From Paraphysomonas bandaiensis (Eukaryota; Protista; Chrysophyceae), in contig CBFFRP010000348.1 in NCBI GenBank assembly GCA_965644295.1, positions 186,001 to 250,000 of the forward strand: a stretch of 64,000 bases of DNA. Direction: 5' to 3'. The notes beneath the pieces were generated by a model that did not search any database, had not been told where the DNA came from, and was given only the letters and a program-made list of their open reading frames with translations. Shown piece after piece: positions 24,089-37,038 of this stretch (positions within the stretch are counted from its first letter, which is position 1; each line of letters opens with the position of its first letter). Both the position numbers and the translations under genes were made by a program.

Positions 24089-26057
24089 TTAAAGCGTCGA
24101 TTTGCAAGATATAGAATCCAATGAACTCAATATTCGATCAATATCATCAACCGACATCGTCATTAGCTTTGTAATAAGATCCTTGGCAGGCGCAGTCCCA
24201 ACTGTATTACTTGAAGTCATTTTGCAGGTGGTGTCCTCACTGTCCAATGTAGGTGACGGCAATGCATGAAGCACCTTTTCTGCCCAAGTAGCGGCAACAC
24301 CTTCCGCAATAGCCACAGAAGTGCTACTGAAGCGTGTGTGTGGAATGGAGGGAGGTCCAACAGATGCAAGATGGCTCTGCAACCCACTCACTATATGTAC
24401 GGCACCCGACGCCGTGAGATACACTAAGCAGCCTTCCTCCAGGCAAGGTGCGCACGTTGGGGTTTCGGTTGGGATGTCACATTGGTGTTGTTGTTGGTCT
24501 TGAACTACGTCCGATGACACATCGTCCCCGACTGTACTCTCAGCTGATGAAGAGCGCTGAGGATGCATCATATCACCGCTCACCTCGGAAGAATCCGAGC
24601 GCGAGTGCATCGCTATCCCTGTAGCCTTCGGCTTCCTTACCAAGTGGGACAAGTTCCCTATAGAAAACAGAACACATTCACAAACAGTCAATTAAATCAA
24701 TGTAGTGCACTTCGATATACACAGAAAAGAGTGGTAAACAGACATACCTACGCCAAAATCTGTCATTATGGTGCTCTGAAATGAATGTCTACTATCGAAG
24801 AGGAAAACACGACTGCTGTTACTGGACCCGTGTTCATCAAGAGAAATTATCAGCGTGTGACCAGAGTGAGATGCGGCTACTAAAAAAGAACCTGTAGGGT
24901 AGTATTTCTTTTCGAATAACTCCTCTTCCTGAATCTCCACCTCACCTTTTTCCATCCCTTCCTCTTGACTCACACCACCTTCAGCAGCTGTAGAAAAGCT
25001 CACAGAGGGTATTAAGAATCCCAGTCGAAACAGTGCAAAGCGGGTGTGAAAGCACTGCACAACCTCCCACTCAGAACCACCACGCCCACTCTCAGACCCA
25101 GCAAGTACTGCTGTCACTATGCGGCAAATACAGATACGCCCATCCAACCAGGCTACAGCAAATCCATGTGGACCAAGCGCCCGCCCCGTTCGTACCACTG
25201 CAGCCCCTGTGAATGATGCACACTCCGCCGATGGGAAAGGAGGGGCCCGACCAGGGCGTACTTCTACAAGTCGAAAACTCAAATTTGGCACAGACTCAGC
25301 TGATGAGTCAACAGAGTCTGAGGCAGGAGGCAAAGAAAGACAAGCCACGACTGATACACCTCCCGAAGTGGAACCCACAATGAGATGTCCTCCCTCCAAC
25401 ACATCCATTGACTTCACAGCACCAGGTACTTGAAACTTCTCTTCTGGTGAGAGGGTCTTGGTCCCCGATATGTACCTGACACGATTACCCTGTTAGTTAG
25501 AGATATACCTTGAACATCAGCAACCTGTGGGTTGATATCGTGTGACCGCTCGCCGTAACAACATAAGGCACACCATCTAAACTACAATAAACTGTAATAG
25601 ACAAATAAATTAAAACCTAGATACTCACGAAAGCATTCGCCAGCAGACGCTATTGGGGTTGCTACAGTTCACAGACACAGAGATCTTAAGTACAGAGGTC
25701 TTGCTGTCCCTATCTAATTCAACGAGTTCAAAAACAGTTATGTGTCCATCTAAACCTAGCAGTGCAATCATGTCATTCGGAACCACTCCAAATTTACAAA
25801 TATGAGCATCAGATATTGGATATCGGGACAGCGTGTCAGCAGGAACATAACCGTCAGAGTCCTATTTAACATATAAAGCCAATTACTCACACACCATGCA
25901 TCACTTGTACCTTATGGATTAATATCTCCCCAAAGCTACTGATAGTGGCGAGCTCATCGACGCCGTCGCCGTCAAAGTCCCCCACAAGAAGAAACTTCGG
26001 CTTGAATCTTATGCCGCTTAGCTTATCTTGGCGATTGAAACAAATGTCCCGCAGCAT
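24089..26057 (-). CDS. FG-GAP repeat protein, ITFG2 (KICSTOR subunit)-like, multi-exon
   Basis: First exon MLRDICFNRQDKLSGIRFKPKFLLVGDFDGDGVDELATISSFGEILIHK resembles the ITFG2 N-terminus (LGDVDND..NELVVGD..GKVSVYK). Downstream exons match ORFs 24692-25417 and 24089-24691. Confidence 0.6.
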
Positions 26058-26629
26058 GAATGTTCAGTGATAGGATGGAGAGCTTCAGTTCTAGTCCTCC
26101 TCGAAGGTAGATGGGCCTGTGTGAGGGATATGGAGCTGGGTGTGTCTATCTATCACGTGATCTCTGCACACACTGCTGCCTGCTGTGTACACAGACAGAC
26201 AGACGCATTCTACACTACTGTACACTGATCCTCTAGATTACCGTACCCCTGTAGCCCGTTCACGGATATGATGTAGAGCAGCAGTTTCATATATATGACT
26301 GACGGTCAGCTGTATATGTATGTATGTATGTATGTATGACAGGCCCGTATATAAGAGCCGGTATGAGCTGCATACTTTCTCATACGGACTCATCCGTGCA
26401 GGTGTGTATATATGCATGCTGTCGAGAGACCTTAACCGTGATATAGAGGGATAGGGTGGTGGTGCACGGGTCTCTTCGAGCTTATCACCTGTAGAGTGAA
26501 GTGGTGTGACTGTTGTTTCTCTCATGTCGCTCTGTCTCTGCTATTCTCTATGAGCTGAGATCAGCATTAACATCGCAGTCAGTTATTTGTGTTGGAACTT
26601 CAAGCCATTATTGAGACTGCTGTTTCGAT

Positions 26630-29600
26630 ATGGACGATCAGAAGTTACTATCTCTGACAAGAATACGCTTACCCAAACACCACAAGAAGCTGCTGTCTTC
26701 TTCCATTGATAACAGTCAGATAACAGTCTTCAGTGGAGGCAATGATGTTTTGCGTGCTCAGCACCCTGCTGATGACGATGTTCCCATTACATCTAGTCTA
26801 ATACCTTCAAAGGGTATTCCTAAACATATATTTGATCACAGGAAGCCACACTTGCCGAGGAAAAAGAGAGCTAAACGACTCAAACCCAGCAAAGAAATAC
26901 AGTCAATTAGGTCTCAATATATGTATGGAGAAGAAATTTTATCCATGGGACCGTCAAAGTTATCACAGTATTCGCTGAGTAAGTCTCTTGACGGTCGCAA
27001 TAGACTTCAGCAAGATACTTTTGCAAGTCTACCAAAGACTAATCCCAAGCGGGCTGCCGATAGACTGAGGGCTGTAGAGGGAGCGATACAGGGTGAACAC
27101 GACTATTTGATGACTGGGGAGAAGCTTGAGCGTTTGCGAGCTATCAATGTAGCCGAGCAATATATAAACCGGATGCCGCTGCATTACCTTTATTCCAAAG
27201 TAGAGTTGAGACATTATGCAGTGGAGCGAGCTTGCAACAGTCTCTTCAAACTTGCTCATAAGAAGGCCAACCGTTTAATGGAGCTGAGTATGAAGCGATG
27301 GAAATCTGTAGAGCCTGAACCTCTTTTTGATTTGTCGAAACTAAACGAGAAGCAAATCGGATTTCTGTCAATAGCGAAGAGGCTCGACAAGATGCTGAAG
27401 AAACAGTTAAAAAAATATTTCAGGATCTGGTCTTTCAACTATGGCACCCGCTTCGCAGCCATACGCAACAAGCAATACAATAATGCTGCTTACCTTATTC
27501 AGGACTGGTATTCTAAAATGAAGGTGATAAGGAAGCAACCATTCAGGGATTTTATCAGCGTTATTCAGATGTGTCTACACAGACGCAGAGCCATATACTA
27601 TGCAATAAAGTTCGAACAAACTCGCCGACAAGCTTTGAATAAGATGCGCAAGGGTATTGCAACCCGGCGGAGGTATCACTTTGCCGCCCGTGTCATTCAA
27701 CGGATTATGCGGTGGCTTATGGCTTATCGTGAAACTAAGTGGCGGCTCGTGCGGATTATTAACGCCCGACGAATGCAGCGGTGGCGGCGACGCATGATGA
27801 AACGCCCAGAGAAAGACCTAATGTTGATACGCGTAGGTTTGCTAACATGTGGGGGACATACGAAGGTTGTGAGTAAGATGCCTGATATGCATCGGAACCC
27901 GGATTCACTGCTCCTTAGCATAGACGGTTGCATATCTGCCATACAGCGCTGGTACATGGCATGCATGGGAAAAATGGACTTATTTATTCGATTAGCCGCA
28001 CGTCGTCGAGCCCTAGAGTTAGAAGCCAAAAGAAACAAGAATGCTGCCATTATACAAGGATGTTATCGTGCACGACTGTGGCGAGAACTTCTACGGGCGG
28101 CTGTTATTAATAATAGGGCACGTAGAATCCAGCGTGGGTATAGAGCGCACCAGTACCGTGTGTGGGTTTACCGTGCAGTGCAACGGCTTAAGGCTCGGAG
28201 AGCGAGGAAGATACAGCGCTTTTTACGAAGACACATGGCAATGCGGAAGCTCAGAGATCGTTTTGAGGCCCGACGAATTAAGATGGCATGTGACCGAATA
28301 TTATATGTTGTTTTGGTTAAGAGGGTGCAACGAAACTACCGTGCCCACGTGATATACATGGCCATAAAGAAAGAAGAAATGCGCCAATTCTTCGCTGCCC
28401 AGAGATTAAAGTCTGACGTTGTACTTAGCTCTGTGCGAAGGATACAGCTTAACTTCAGAGACTCACGACGACCACAGAGCAAACTCTGTCGCCATGTGCG
28501 TCTATATGCACTTAATGCGCGCAATAGAGAGCGACATTGTATTTGGAAAGCTGCCTATGTGATTCAGAAGCTTGCGAAGAGTTACATTGCTGCCCAAAGA
28601 CTTCGTGATTTGCAAATGAGAATAGATGCAGCCAATAAAATATGGAGATTAGCAAAGGCATACCTTCTGAAGAAATATGTTGCGTACCTTGTTGCTGAGA
28701 CCAGAAAGCGTCGCAATGCTGCTGCTAGCAGAATCCAGCACAATTACCGCCAATTCACATGGCTCAAGATATTGTACGGGCGATTTGCTGTTATGAAGGC
28801 ACGCATTGAATTAGAGCGCTTGCGCAACAGGTCAGCCGCAACGATCCAGGCAATGGTAAGAAAAGTGTCTGAGGAATACAATATGCCACTTCGTATAGCA
28901 GCTAGGTGAGTAAGGAGGTGCGAGATAATTTCTTTGTAATCTCTTGTGTACAGAGGCCAAGTAAGAAAGAAGAGGAGACAACGAAGAGAAGATCGCATTG
29001 CAGCTCTCAGAAACGCCTCAGCTGCTATCGTTCAGAAATTTTTTAGAGGAGTAGTGAAATGGTCTCAATTCTGTAAAACAGCGCGCTCCATCAGAATGGA
29101 TATAAGGCGAAACAAGTACGTATGATTGTCTGGCTTCATAATGTATAAATAATATCGAGTGCAGTGCTGCGAGGCGCATCCAGAGACTCATTAGGGCGTT
29201 CCTGGCAACGTCACGTGTTAACCGCTGTGTGCGTGAACGTATGAGACGGAATAGAGAGGCTGAGATTCGACTTGAGAAGCAAAATGCTGCGAATACAATT
29301 GGCCGGTGGTGGAAAAGAAGTAACGAGATGTTCACTCTAAGATCTTTATTTAAGTTAAGAAAGAAGGTAAGCTATATGCTCGTTTGTAGCGGGCTGACGT
29401 TTGTTGCAGATGCTTGATGAGTACAAGAGAATGGAAGCTGAAAGACTGAAAGCAGAAGAAGAACGCTTGGAAGCTCTAGATGAAGTCAAAGCTTCTGAAG
29501 AGAATATGGCAGCAACAATTCTTGCTTCCTGGAAACAAGGGAGTGATACCAATGGAAGAAACTACTATTACAACTATGTAACTGGGGAGTCGCAGTGGGA

Positions 29601-30480
29601 CCCGCCGGATAACTGGACCTTGAAAGTAACTGACGCGTGGATTCGAAATATTAATGAACGAGGTCAGGTGTACTACTACAATCAGCAGACAGGAGAGTCA
29701 AGGTGGCTTCCCCCATGTTGCGTATGCGGTAAGGAGGCTGATCGATGGTGCACCGACTGCTGCGCTGCGTATTGTGTGGAAGATTACACGTCGGTCCATG
29801 ATGAAAGCAAGGATGAAGATATGGCCGCTCATACTTGGGCAGTTGCTGACTTGGCGAAAGAAGTACTAAAGCCTGGACAAGTTTATTGCATTGAATGCAA
29901 GAAACGTGTATGCACAAAGGTCTGTCTGGTTTGCTGGGACAACTATTGTGACCAGTGTTTCAAATTTGTTCACCATGTTGGCGACTTAAAGACACATGAA
30001 ACGATATCATTCAGGCGAGCGAAACAAGGTTGGAACGCCATTAAACCAAAGAACAAAGGAGATCGTGTATACTATGTAAACGGCCTGACTGGAGAAACAA
30101 CTTACGAGAAACCAAAGCAATTGATGTCACCTATTGAGTTAGAGTACTATGAAAACTTCATTAACCATCGTGAAGCTGCTGAATCGTATGTCTCAAAAAT
30201 AGATCAATTGCAAAACGAAGTTGAGGCGCTGAAATATGAACGGGACATCCGGCTATCAAATGATATTATGTCTGCGAAAAAGAATGATAAAAAAGATAGC
30301 AAGAAAGGAGGCACAGGTGATGTCATGGCCTCAGTAAAGGGTACCTCGGGCGTCCTTTCTCTCCTCACTGGCATGTCTCAAGCTTACCGTGCCCGATTAA
30401 TGCAGAGTGACAGCAGAAAAAGAGGACATCAGCGATCTGAGTATATTAAAAATTTGTTAGAAAGTAAGGAAGATGGGTAG
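26630..30480 (+). CDS. IQ-motif, WW-domain and B-box zinc-finger protein (4 exons)
   Basis: Many IQxxxR motifs (AAIIQGCYRARLWR, ARRIQRGYRAH). Tandem WW domains (WKQGSDTNGRNYYYNYVTGESQWDPP; WIRNINERGQVYYYNQQTGESRWLPP). Two B-box-like Cys/His clusters (CIECKKRVCTKVCLVCWDNYCDQCFKFVH). Confidence 0.85.
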
Positions 30481-31159
30481 CCTATATCGGCGGTGATGTT
30501 GTATTTGTATAATCGTATATGTATCATGTTATAGCCAGTGTCTTAACTAAAGAATGTGTAGTGTCTTTCATTAGTATTGTCTATACTCTGTACGAACATG
30601 CTCAAGTTGCATAGTATACACATATATGCTACATTCTAAAACTATAAAACCGAACACATTCTGCGGGAGTGACATGTCATCGCATAGCAGGTATAGAAAC
30701 CGTGTTGCTTATTTCTTCTCTTTATTGCGCTCATCGTTGGAATTGAAAAAACATTTCACTAAAAAAACTTTGTCTATCGGGCATTTGACAAAATTTTGAC
30801 CAATAATAACTGCTATTATTATTTTCTTGCAGTCCCAATTTCAATTACTGCCCTGTCATTTATTGGTTGCTACTATGAACTGCTAGAATCGGCCATCATG
30901 TAAATATAATATGGGCCATTATTAATGGTGTCCAGGCCCTGGTATGAAGTATGAAGACAACGGAAATCAGAGTATTGTCTCTCTTTCCAAGTCTTTAGCT
31001 TTCATCTTTGTAAGTTTACTGTGTCAAAGCAAGACAGCAGGACGATTAAACTTAAATAACTGAACAAAGAACTCTCTCAATAACTAATTTATTAAATTTT
31101 CGATCAGCATCACTTATCGATACTGCCATTTACTAAATTTATATCGTCACTACTACCAA

Positions 31160-31350
31160 TAAAAATTATCAGATCTGAGATAGTCACGATCTTATACAGC
31201 TAATATATTTCAGTTTCATTAACATAATTCATATCGTATAATTAGATCATGTAATACTGTTTACAGCTACTGCATTCTCCAACAACGGTCATAATTCAAA
31301 TACTTTAAAGTACAGCTTTTAATTGCTTACAAATAGCAAAACTCAACAGA
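31160..31350 (+). repeat. AT-rich dispersed repeat family B (MITE-like), copy 1
   Basis: Aligns by eye to the reverse complement of 44915-45260 (ttcagtttcatta, tcataattcNaatac, tacagcttttaattgct...aaatagcaaaac) and to 45880-45965. Confidence 0.6.
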
Positions 31351-31517
31351 GTCCTTTTGGGATCTCAAGATATTTTATTCGGGCCCTAATGGCATTGGCA
31401 ATTACCTAAATGATTAGCGAAACGTGAAAAATATACACCAATAAGAGCGTAAATCAGTAAAACCACTAAGAGGTATCAACAATTTCAAATACATGCGAAA
31501 ATAGGTCCTGTGACCAG

Positions 31518-33788
31518 CTACTTCCTCATATACGACATATCAAGACGATTCCATGGAAAAAATGTGGCCAAGAACAGTTGCATCAACGGTAGATTAGGGT
31601 CAAGATTTCCACGACTTGAGCTGGATCCAGAAATAGCCAGTATTCGATCAAGTGTGTCGTCTACATCGTCCCCAATAACTCCTTGTCGTCGCATCTGTGT
31701 AAGCTCCGCTCGCAATGCTAATTCGTTCACTTCACCACCGCTCAGAGCGTGTGCTATGGCCCCTCCTGGTGCAGCAACTTCTTCCAGTCTGGCTACCCCC
31801 CTTCGTTGATTATCACCCACTAATCCAAGCCGTACACCCCTCCAATCTCCAAGCAGGGCTGCAAGTTCTCTCCTGTCAGCTAAGCCAGCAAGCACTCGCG
31901 GGTTTGCCAGCCGTGGGTCCAGCGGATCGGCATCGGGAGGAAGACGAGGAAATTCCTCAAGGAAGTCATCTGACTGCGCATGAATACATCGTGTAACTAT
32001 ATCGACTTGAACTAGTCGCCTCAGGTCGTGTGTTGCGAGAGAAACCGCCTTAATCAAAGCTTAAAACATCTATTATACGCGCATCAGTACAGACAACCTG
32101 TTCAGTAGTGCATTCACCCTCCTGTAACCCTTTCAGAAATGAGTCGGCGGCATCGTAGAGCCAGTCCAGCACATCACTCCGCTGCCAAATTGAGACAGAT
32201 TGTCCATCTAATACAGTGTCACGTCCAGTTAGTAGAGTTGAGCTGCGAATGCGGTAAAGGTTTCCAATATGACACAGTAACTCTGCACCACTCTTTCCAA
32301 CAGTATGTTCCAACCTGATAGACCACAAATAAGTATCGATGAAAGCAGTTGTCAGCGAACATACTGAGATTGCGAAGAAAATCGAGAGAAAAAGGTACTG
32401 CTAAAAATTCTTTTCCATCGGTCAGACTCCATGGTACTGGTTTCCAATAGATATCGTAACATGAAGGGGAACCGACGGAGCGCATCTACAAGTGTGTCAT
32501 GAGATTCCGTAAACCTCACACCTTTGTTTTCATTCAACTTTGTCGCCAGCGAGCAAGAGAATGCCCAGAATGGAAGGACCTCATGCAGATGAACTCCATC
32601 CGGGAGGCCAAGCTCGGCGGCAGCAGCCTCAGAGCAGAAGCTCGCGATCTCGTCTTCACGTCTCGCCTGCAACAGTAAGTGGTCAATGAACAAAAGCGCG
32701 CCCATGGGGTCAGTAGCAGGGCTCAATGACAACAAACATTTTCCAACATCAGCCGCAACGGATGGACATCCCAGCATAGCAACAATCTGCATGTGTCTGA
32801 ACAGAGCAGTGAAAAAGGCGTTATTTTCCACAGCCTTTGCATCCATTAGGTATCTATTTCCCGCACAGCCCACTAAGCGAAAGGGGCGGAAACCGTCCAA
32901 ACCAGCACATTCACAATAGTACAGACATCTTCGGATGAGGTCACCAGCCCTGTCCATCTGTCCGGTACGGGCGAAGACCATTCCCAGTTGAACAAGAGCA
33001 TCAAGGTGATGCGGATATCTTCCAATAAATGCAGCCAACATGTTCACATCTCCACTGCTCTGCACAACTGCAAAGGACTCATGCGCACGACGATAGTCTT
33101 CTGACCACTTAAATTTGATCCATTTTTCTCCATTCACTGGATAATAGACAGGGGGTGATGTTTCTTCCACTCCAATTCCTCCACATACAAGAGATAGAGG
33201 TCGAGGCCAGTCTTCTTTAGGGGTGCCAAACACTAAGTGCCTTCGTTTCGGATAAGCCCTCCGGCCCCGACCATGATTCATGTTATTTACTTGCACTAGT
33301 TCACCGCGACCACGCCTTCGTTTTGGTTTACACCTTCCAGTACTCTTTTCTTCCAACGAGGACAAGGCTCGTCCTCCAAACCGCATGCGCATAACTGCAT
33401 CAACATCCAAACTGTCTTGAGCAACATATAGAAAAGAGTCATTAGACGAGTTCACAGGTGTTTTCCATTCGTCGAGCTGTGTGTTCCCCTCCACATCTTC
33501 CTCCTCATAAGAGTCATCTGTCTTCTGGGGGTCATGAGGGGGACTCTCATCACATGCAGTCACATTAGCCAATACAGACACCCCGTCACTGCCACTGTCC
33601 CTGTCCGAGGACGGGTCTGTCTCTGTGTCCGATGAGCTCTCGTCCAGCACTGTGAAATTGTGTGTCTGTGTCTGTATCTCCCCCTCCGCCTCCCCCTCCA
33701 TCCCCTCTATATCTATATTCATATCTATGTCTACTGCTCTGCCATCGAGCCGTCCACGAGAAAGAATATTGCGGTGCTTTGCGCTCAT
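31518..33788 (-). CDS. TCF25: TCF25/Rqc1 ribosome quality-control factor (3 exons)
   Basis: Acidic N-terminus. Family-like motifs PKEDWP, FKWSEDY...F, YPHHLDALVQL, AGDLIRRCLY, ENNAFFTALFRHMQ..AMLGCPSVA, KCLLSLSPATDPMGALLFID, and W....VLDWL. Confidence 0.8.
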
Positions 33789-34109
33789 CTTTCAGCCCCG
33801 TATGGATCTGTTTTACTATGAATGAGTCTCAGTTCCTTGTGCTCATGTCCAGCTACAGTGCTGTACAGGAGTATGATGATGTTCTCACTGGGTCCCGCTC
33901 TCTCCTCCTGCTGTACCTATGCACTGTACAGATGTACTTCTACATTGAGCAGATCGTATGCCGTACAGTACAGCACTCCGGGGCTGTGAATACTCTGTAT
34001 ACTGCTGTATATCGGGGCGATCTCATTAACAGGCAGCATGGACTGCACAGATATGGTGATCGGATCGATATTACATTGACACGTCACTCACATATACTCC
34101 CATTGTGCT

Positions 34110-34825
34110 ATGTTATCCCGCATGAAATTCATGCCCCGTAGCCTTCCTCGTGCGTGTAAGAGTAGCTCCCGTGAGCTGTGCACGCTCTATGGAGGAATGA
34201 AGGAGAAGTACTTTAGGGTAACTATAGCACGTAGAATTTGTTTATAGTGAGTTATGGATCTTGTTCGTAGTATCTATTCGAGGAGAGACCGCCATTTATA
34301 AAGCTTTTTGGACCAAAAGTTGACAGTCTCAGCAAGAATAAAGTATCGATGTCTTTAGAATTTAAAGAAGAGTTTGTCGGCAATCTCCGAATGCCATGTC
34401 TTCATGGGGGTGTTGCAGCCACACTTATAGACCATTGTAGTGGCATGTGTGCTTGGTCTACACTTTCTGACCCTCACTCGACAGTAAGCACTGTAGACTT
34501 AAGGATCGATTACCTATTGCCTGCGTAAGTTTTGTCAATTTATAGTTAGACTTTAATGACAATGTGCACAGGCCATGTGAGAAACTTATTTGTGATGCAG
34601 AAATAGTTCAGAAAGGAAATAAGGTACTTTCTGGTATGCAAGCGTATTTGTTTTATTAATATCGCTCTGTAGTTAATTAGGGTAGATGCTGTTTTGTGGA
34701 ACTCCTCTAGAGAGTCCAAAATTGCAATCGGTCGATCTTTATTTAATGTTTATACTGTGGAGGTTGATATGGGTGCGCAAATGGAAAAGATTCTGACTGA
34801 AGAAGAGTTGAAATGGGAAGTTTAA
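34110..34825 (+). CDS. PaaI-family hotdog-fold thioesterase with putative mitochondrial presequence; exons 34110-34217, 34271-34524, 34572-34623, 34673-34825
   Basis: Spliced translation MLSRMKFMPRSLPRACKSS...FVGNLRMPCLHGGVAATLIDHCSG...VSTVDLRIDYLLPAPCE...KGNKLIRVDA. It has the HGG motif and four exons in frame. Missed by the ORF track. Confidence 0.85.
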
Positions 34826-35709
34826 CTCGATGTTTTATATTTAGTTATAACAGATTAAAACAAAATACATGCATTATATTGTGACATAATGCGGATATAA
34901 TTTTAGTGGTCAAAACCTTGGCCGCGCTGTGACTGTGTACATATATAATATTAGTCAACATTAGCTCTGATGCTCTGATACTAGCTCGAGCTACTCACAC
35001 AATACTCTGGGTGACTACAAAACTGACACAAACACAAAAATAAGTACTTTGCGACCTATTCGCAACACAATGCAAAGTTATTTTCACAAACAAATTATCT
35101 CAACAATTTGTGCCATGTAGAAATTTACGTCAAGATTGAGTTCTGAATGTCATACTTGTTTTTATGCTCTGCATGCCATTAATTATTAATAGATGTGAGC
35201 AAGTAGCTTGTTAGACAGTCACAATCGGAACGATTAAATTGATTAGATTGAATCACTATTACTTTGACTAGGTATTTACACATAAATTATATTTACCATT
35301 ACACTAGATTGAAACATATTTTGCTTTCATGTATTATCCATTGTATACCTAGATCAAATGTACAATATCTTGTAATTTGAATCTTTGAATACTCTCCTGC
35401 TGTTTTAACGCCTTCACATTTTGAATATATCAAGTGTGGACACTTCGCTGTTACCAACCCGCACTATTCCTTCTACCAAACTTCGGTTTAACACGAATAC
35501 ACAATTTATTCTGATATTATGCCAGTATCGTCAGTACACTACATGACTAAATTCGTAGCTCGCTACTGCGTCTATAGTGGTGATGACGTGAACAAAGGTA
35601 ATATAACTCGACTTAAGACTCAAACAAATGTGACATATTAATTTTATCGCATAAGAGAAGACATTGCGATACAGTGACAAGTGATATGTACTGCTCAGAA
35701 TTTAAGGGT

Positions 35710-36710
35710 CTACACGCCGCCCAACGTTTCCTGGCTGGCCTTGCTCCTGGACTCCTCCTGCTCCCTCTCGATGTCAGCAATTATCTGCTCCAAAGTCTCC
35801 TCAGGAACCATCTGTGAGCATTAAACATATTATTAAATTGCAATATATATTAGTTAACTAGCTTACGTGAACAGGTTCTCCTTTTCTTCTGACTGCAAGT
35901 TCGATATTTTTACTTCCAGAATCCACAACCTACTAATCTATCAGCGCATTAAAAATATGTACCAGTTAGCTTACCTCCATAAGGGCACGAACAGCGAGTC
36001 GAACCGCATCTTCTTCGGATTGTCCTTCCGTCCAGTTCTTCTCCAAGAATTCCTTTACAGCTTTTTCATTTCGCCCGCCGATACAATTTGCCTGGTCATG
36101 GTGGTAAGAGCAGTAGGAAGGCGGGAAACAATATTCCATCAACTTACCTTCCACGAGGAATATGTGCCAGCCGGATCGGTCAAATACAGCTGGGGTAGAC
36201 CGTCCGTTGAGAATCCTGCCAGCATGCTGCTGACACCAAACGGTCTAACTCCACCACGCTGTGTGTAGCTCTGTTGTGTCCTCGCAATGTACCTCGCCAT
36301 ATACTCAATGGATGGAAAGTCTTCGCATGTCAACTGAAAGCTCTGGGCTTCAACACGCGCCTGTGCAATAAATTATAAAAAATAATTAATCTATAAACAA
36401 AAAATAACCTTTTCAATGAGAACACGGGCATCGGCAGTAAATCCAGCAAATGCGATGGTAATGTTGTCGTCTAATTTTGCGATTTTGCGAATTGTCCGAG
36501 AATCTTGCAGTTGCGCAACAGCTTTTCTTTCCACGCCCAAAATAACACAATCTTTTCCGCGCACACCCACAACAGCAGAGCCCCTCTTCACTGCCTCCAT
36601 CGCGTACTCGACTTGAAACAAGTGCCCATCAGGGGAGAATACTGTAATTGCACGATCGTAGCTACAAAATTTGTCAGACAGTTCAATTAACAACAAAGCA
36701 CACACCTCAT
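35710..36710 (-). CDS. PSMA7: 20S proteasome subunit alpha type-7 (alpha4)
   Basis: 5-nt first exon ATGAG, then (S)[27 protein letters not shown]...[13 protein letters not shown]...[11 protein letters not shown]...EFLEKNW. Confidence 0.95.
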
Positions 36711-36847
36711 ATTAAAAATCTAATTTATATTGTAAGTGGGACCGGTCTCTGGCTTTGTAGACGCAAATGATTGTTAAATGACAGCAACCCGCTCAAAGGT
36801 GTTGCTAGCAATATAATACTGATATGCTGATAGGAGCAAAAATGCAC

Positions 36848-37038
36848 ACATACATACATACATACATACATACATACATACATACATACATACATACATA
36901 CATACATACATACATACATACATACATACATACATACATACATACATACATACATACATACATACATACCTACATACATACATACATACATACATACATA
37001 CATACATACATACATACATACATACATACATACATACA
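36848..37038. repeat. (TACA)n microsatellite, about 47 units, upstream of PSMA7
   Basis: Directly visible, with one TACC variant near 36970. Confidence 0.98.
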
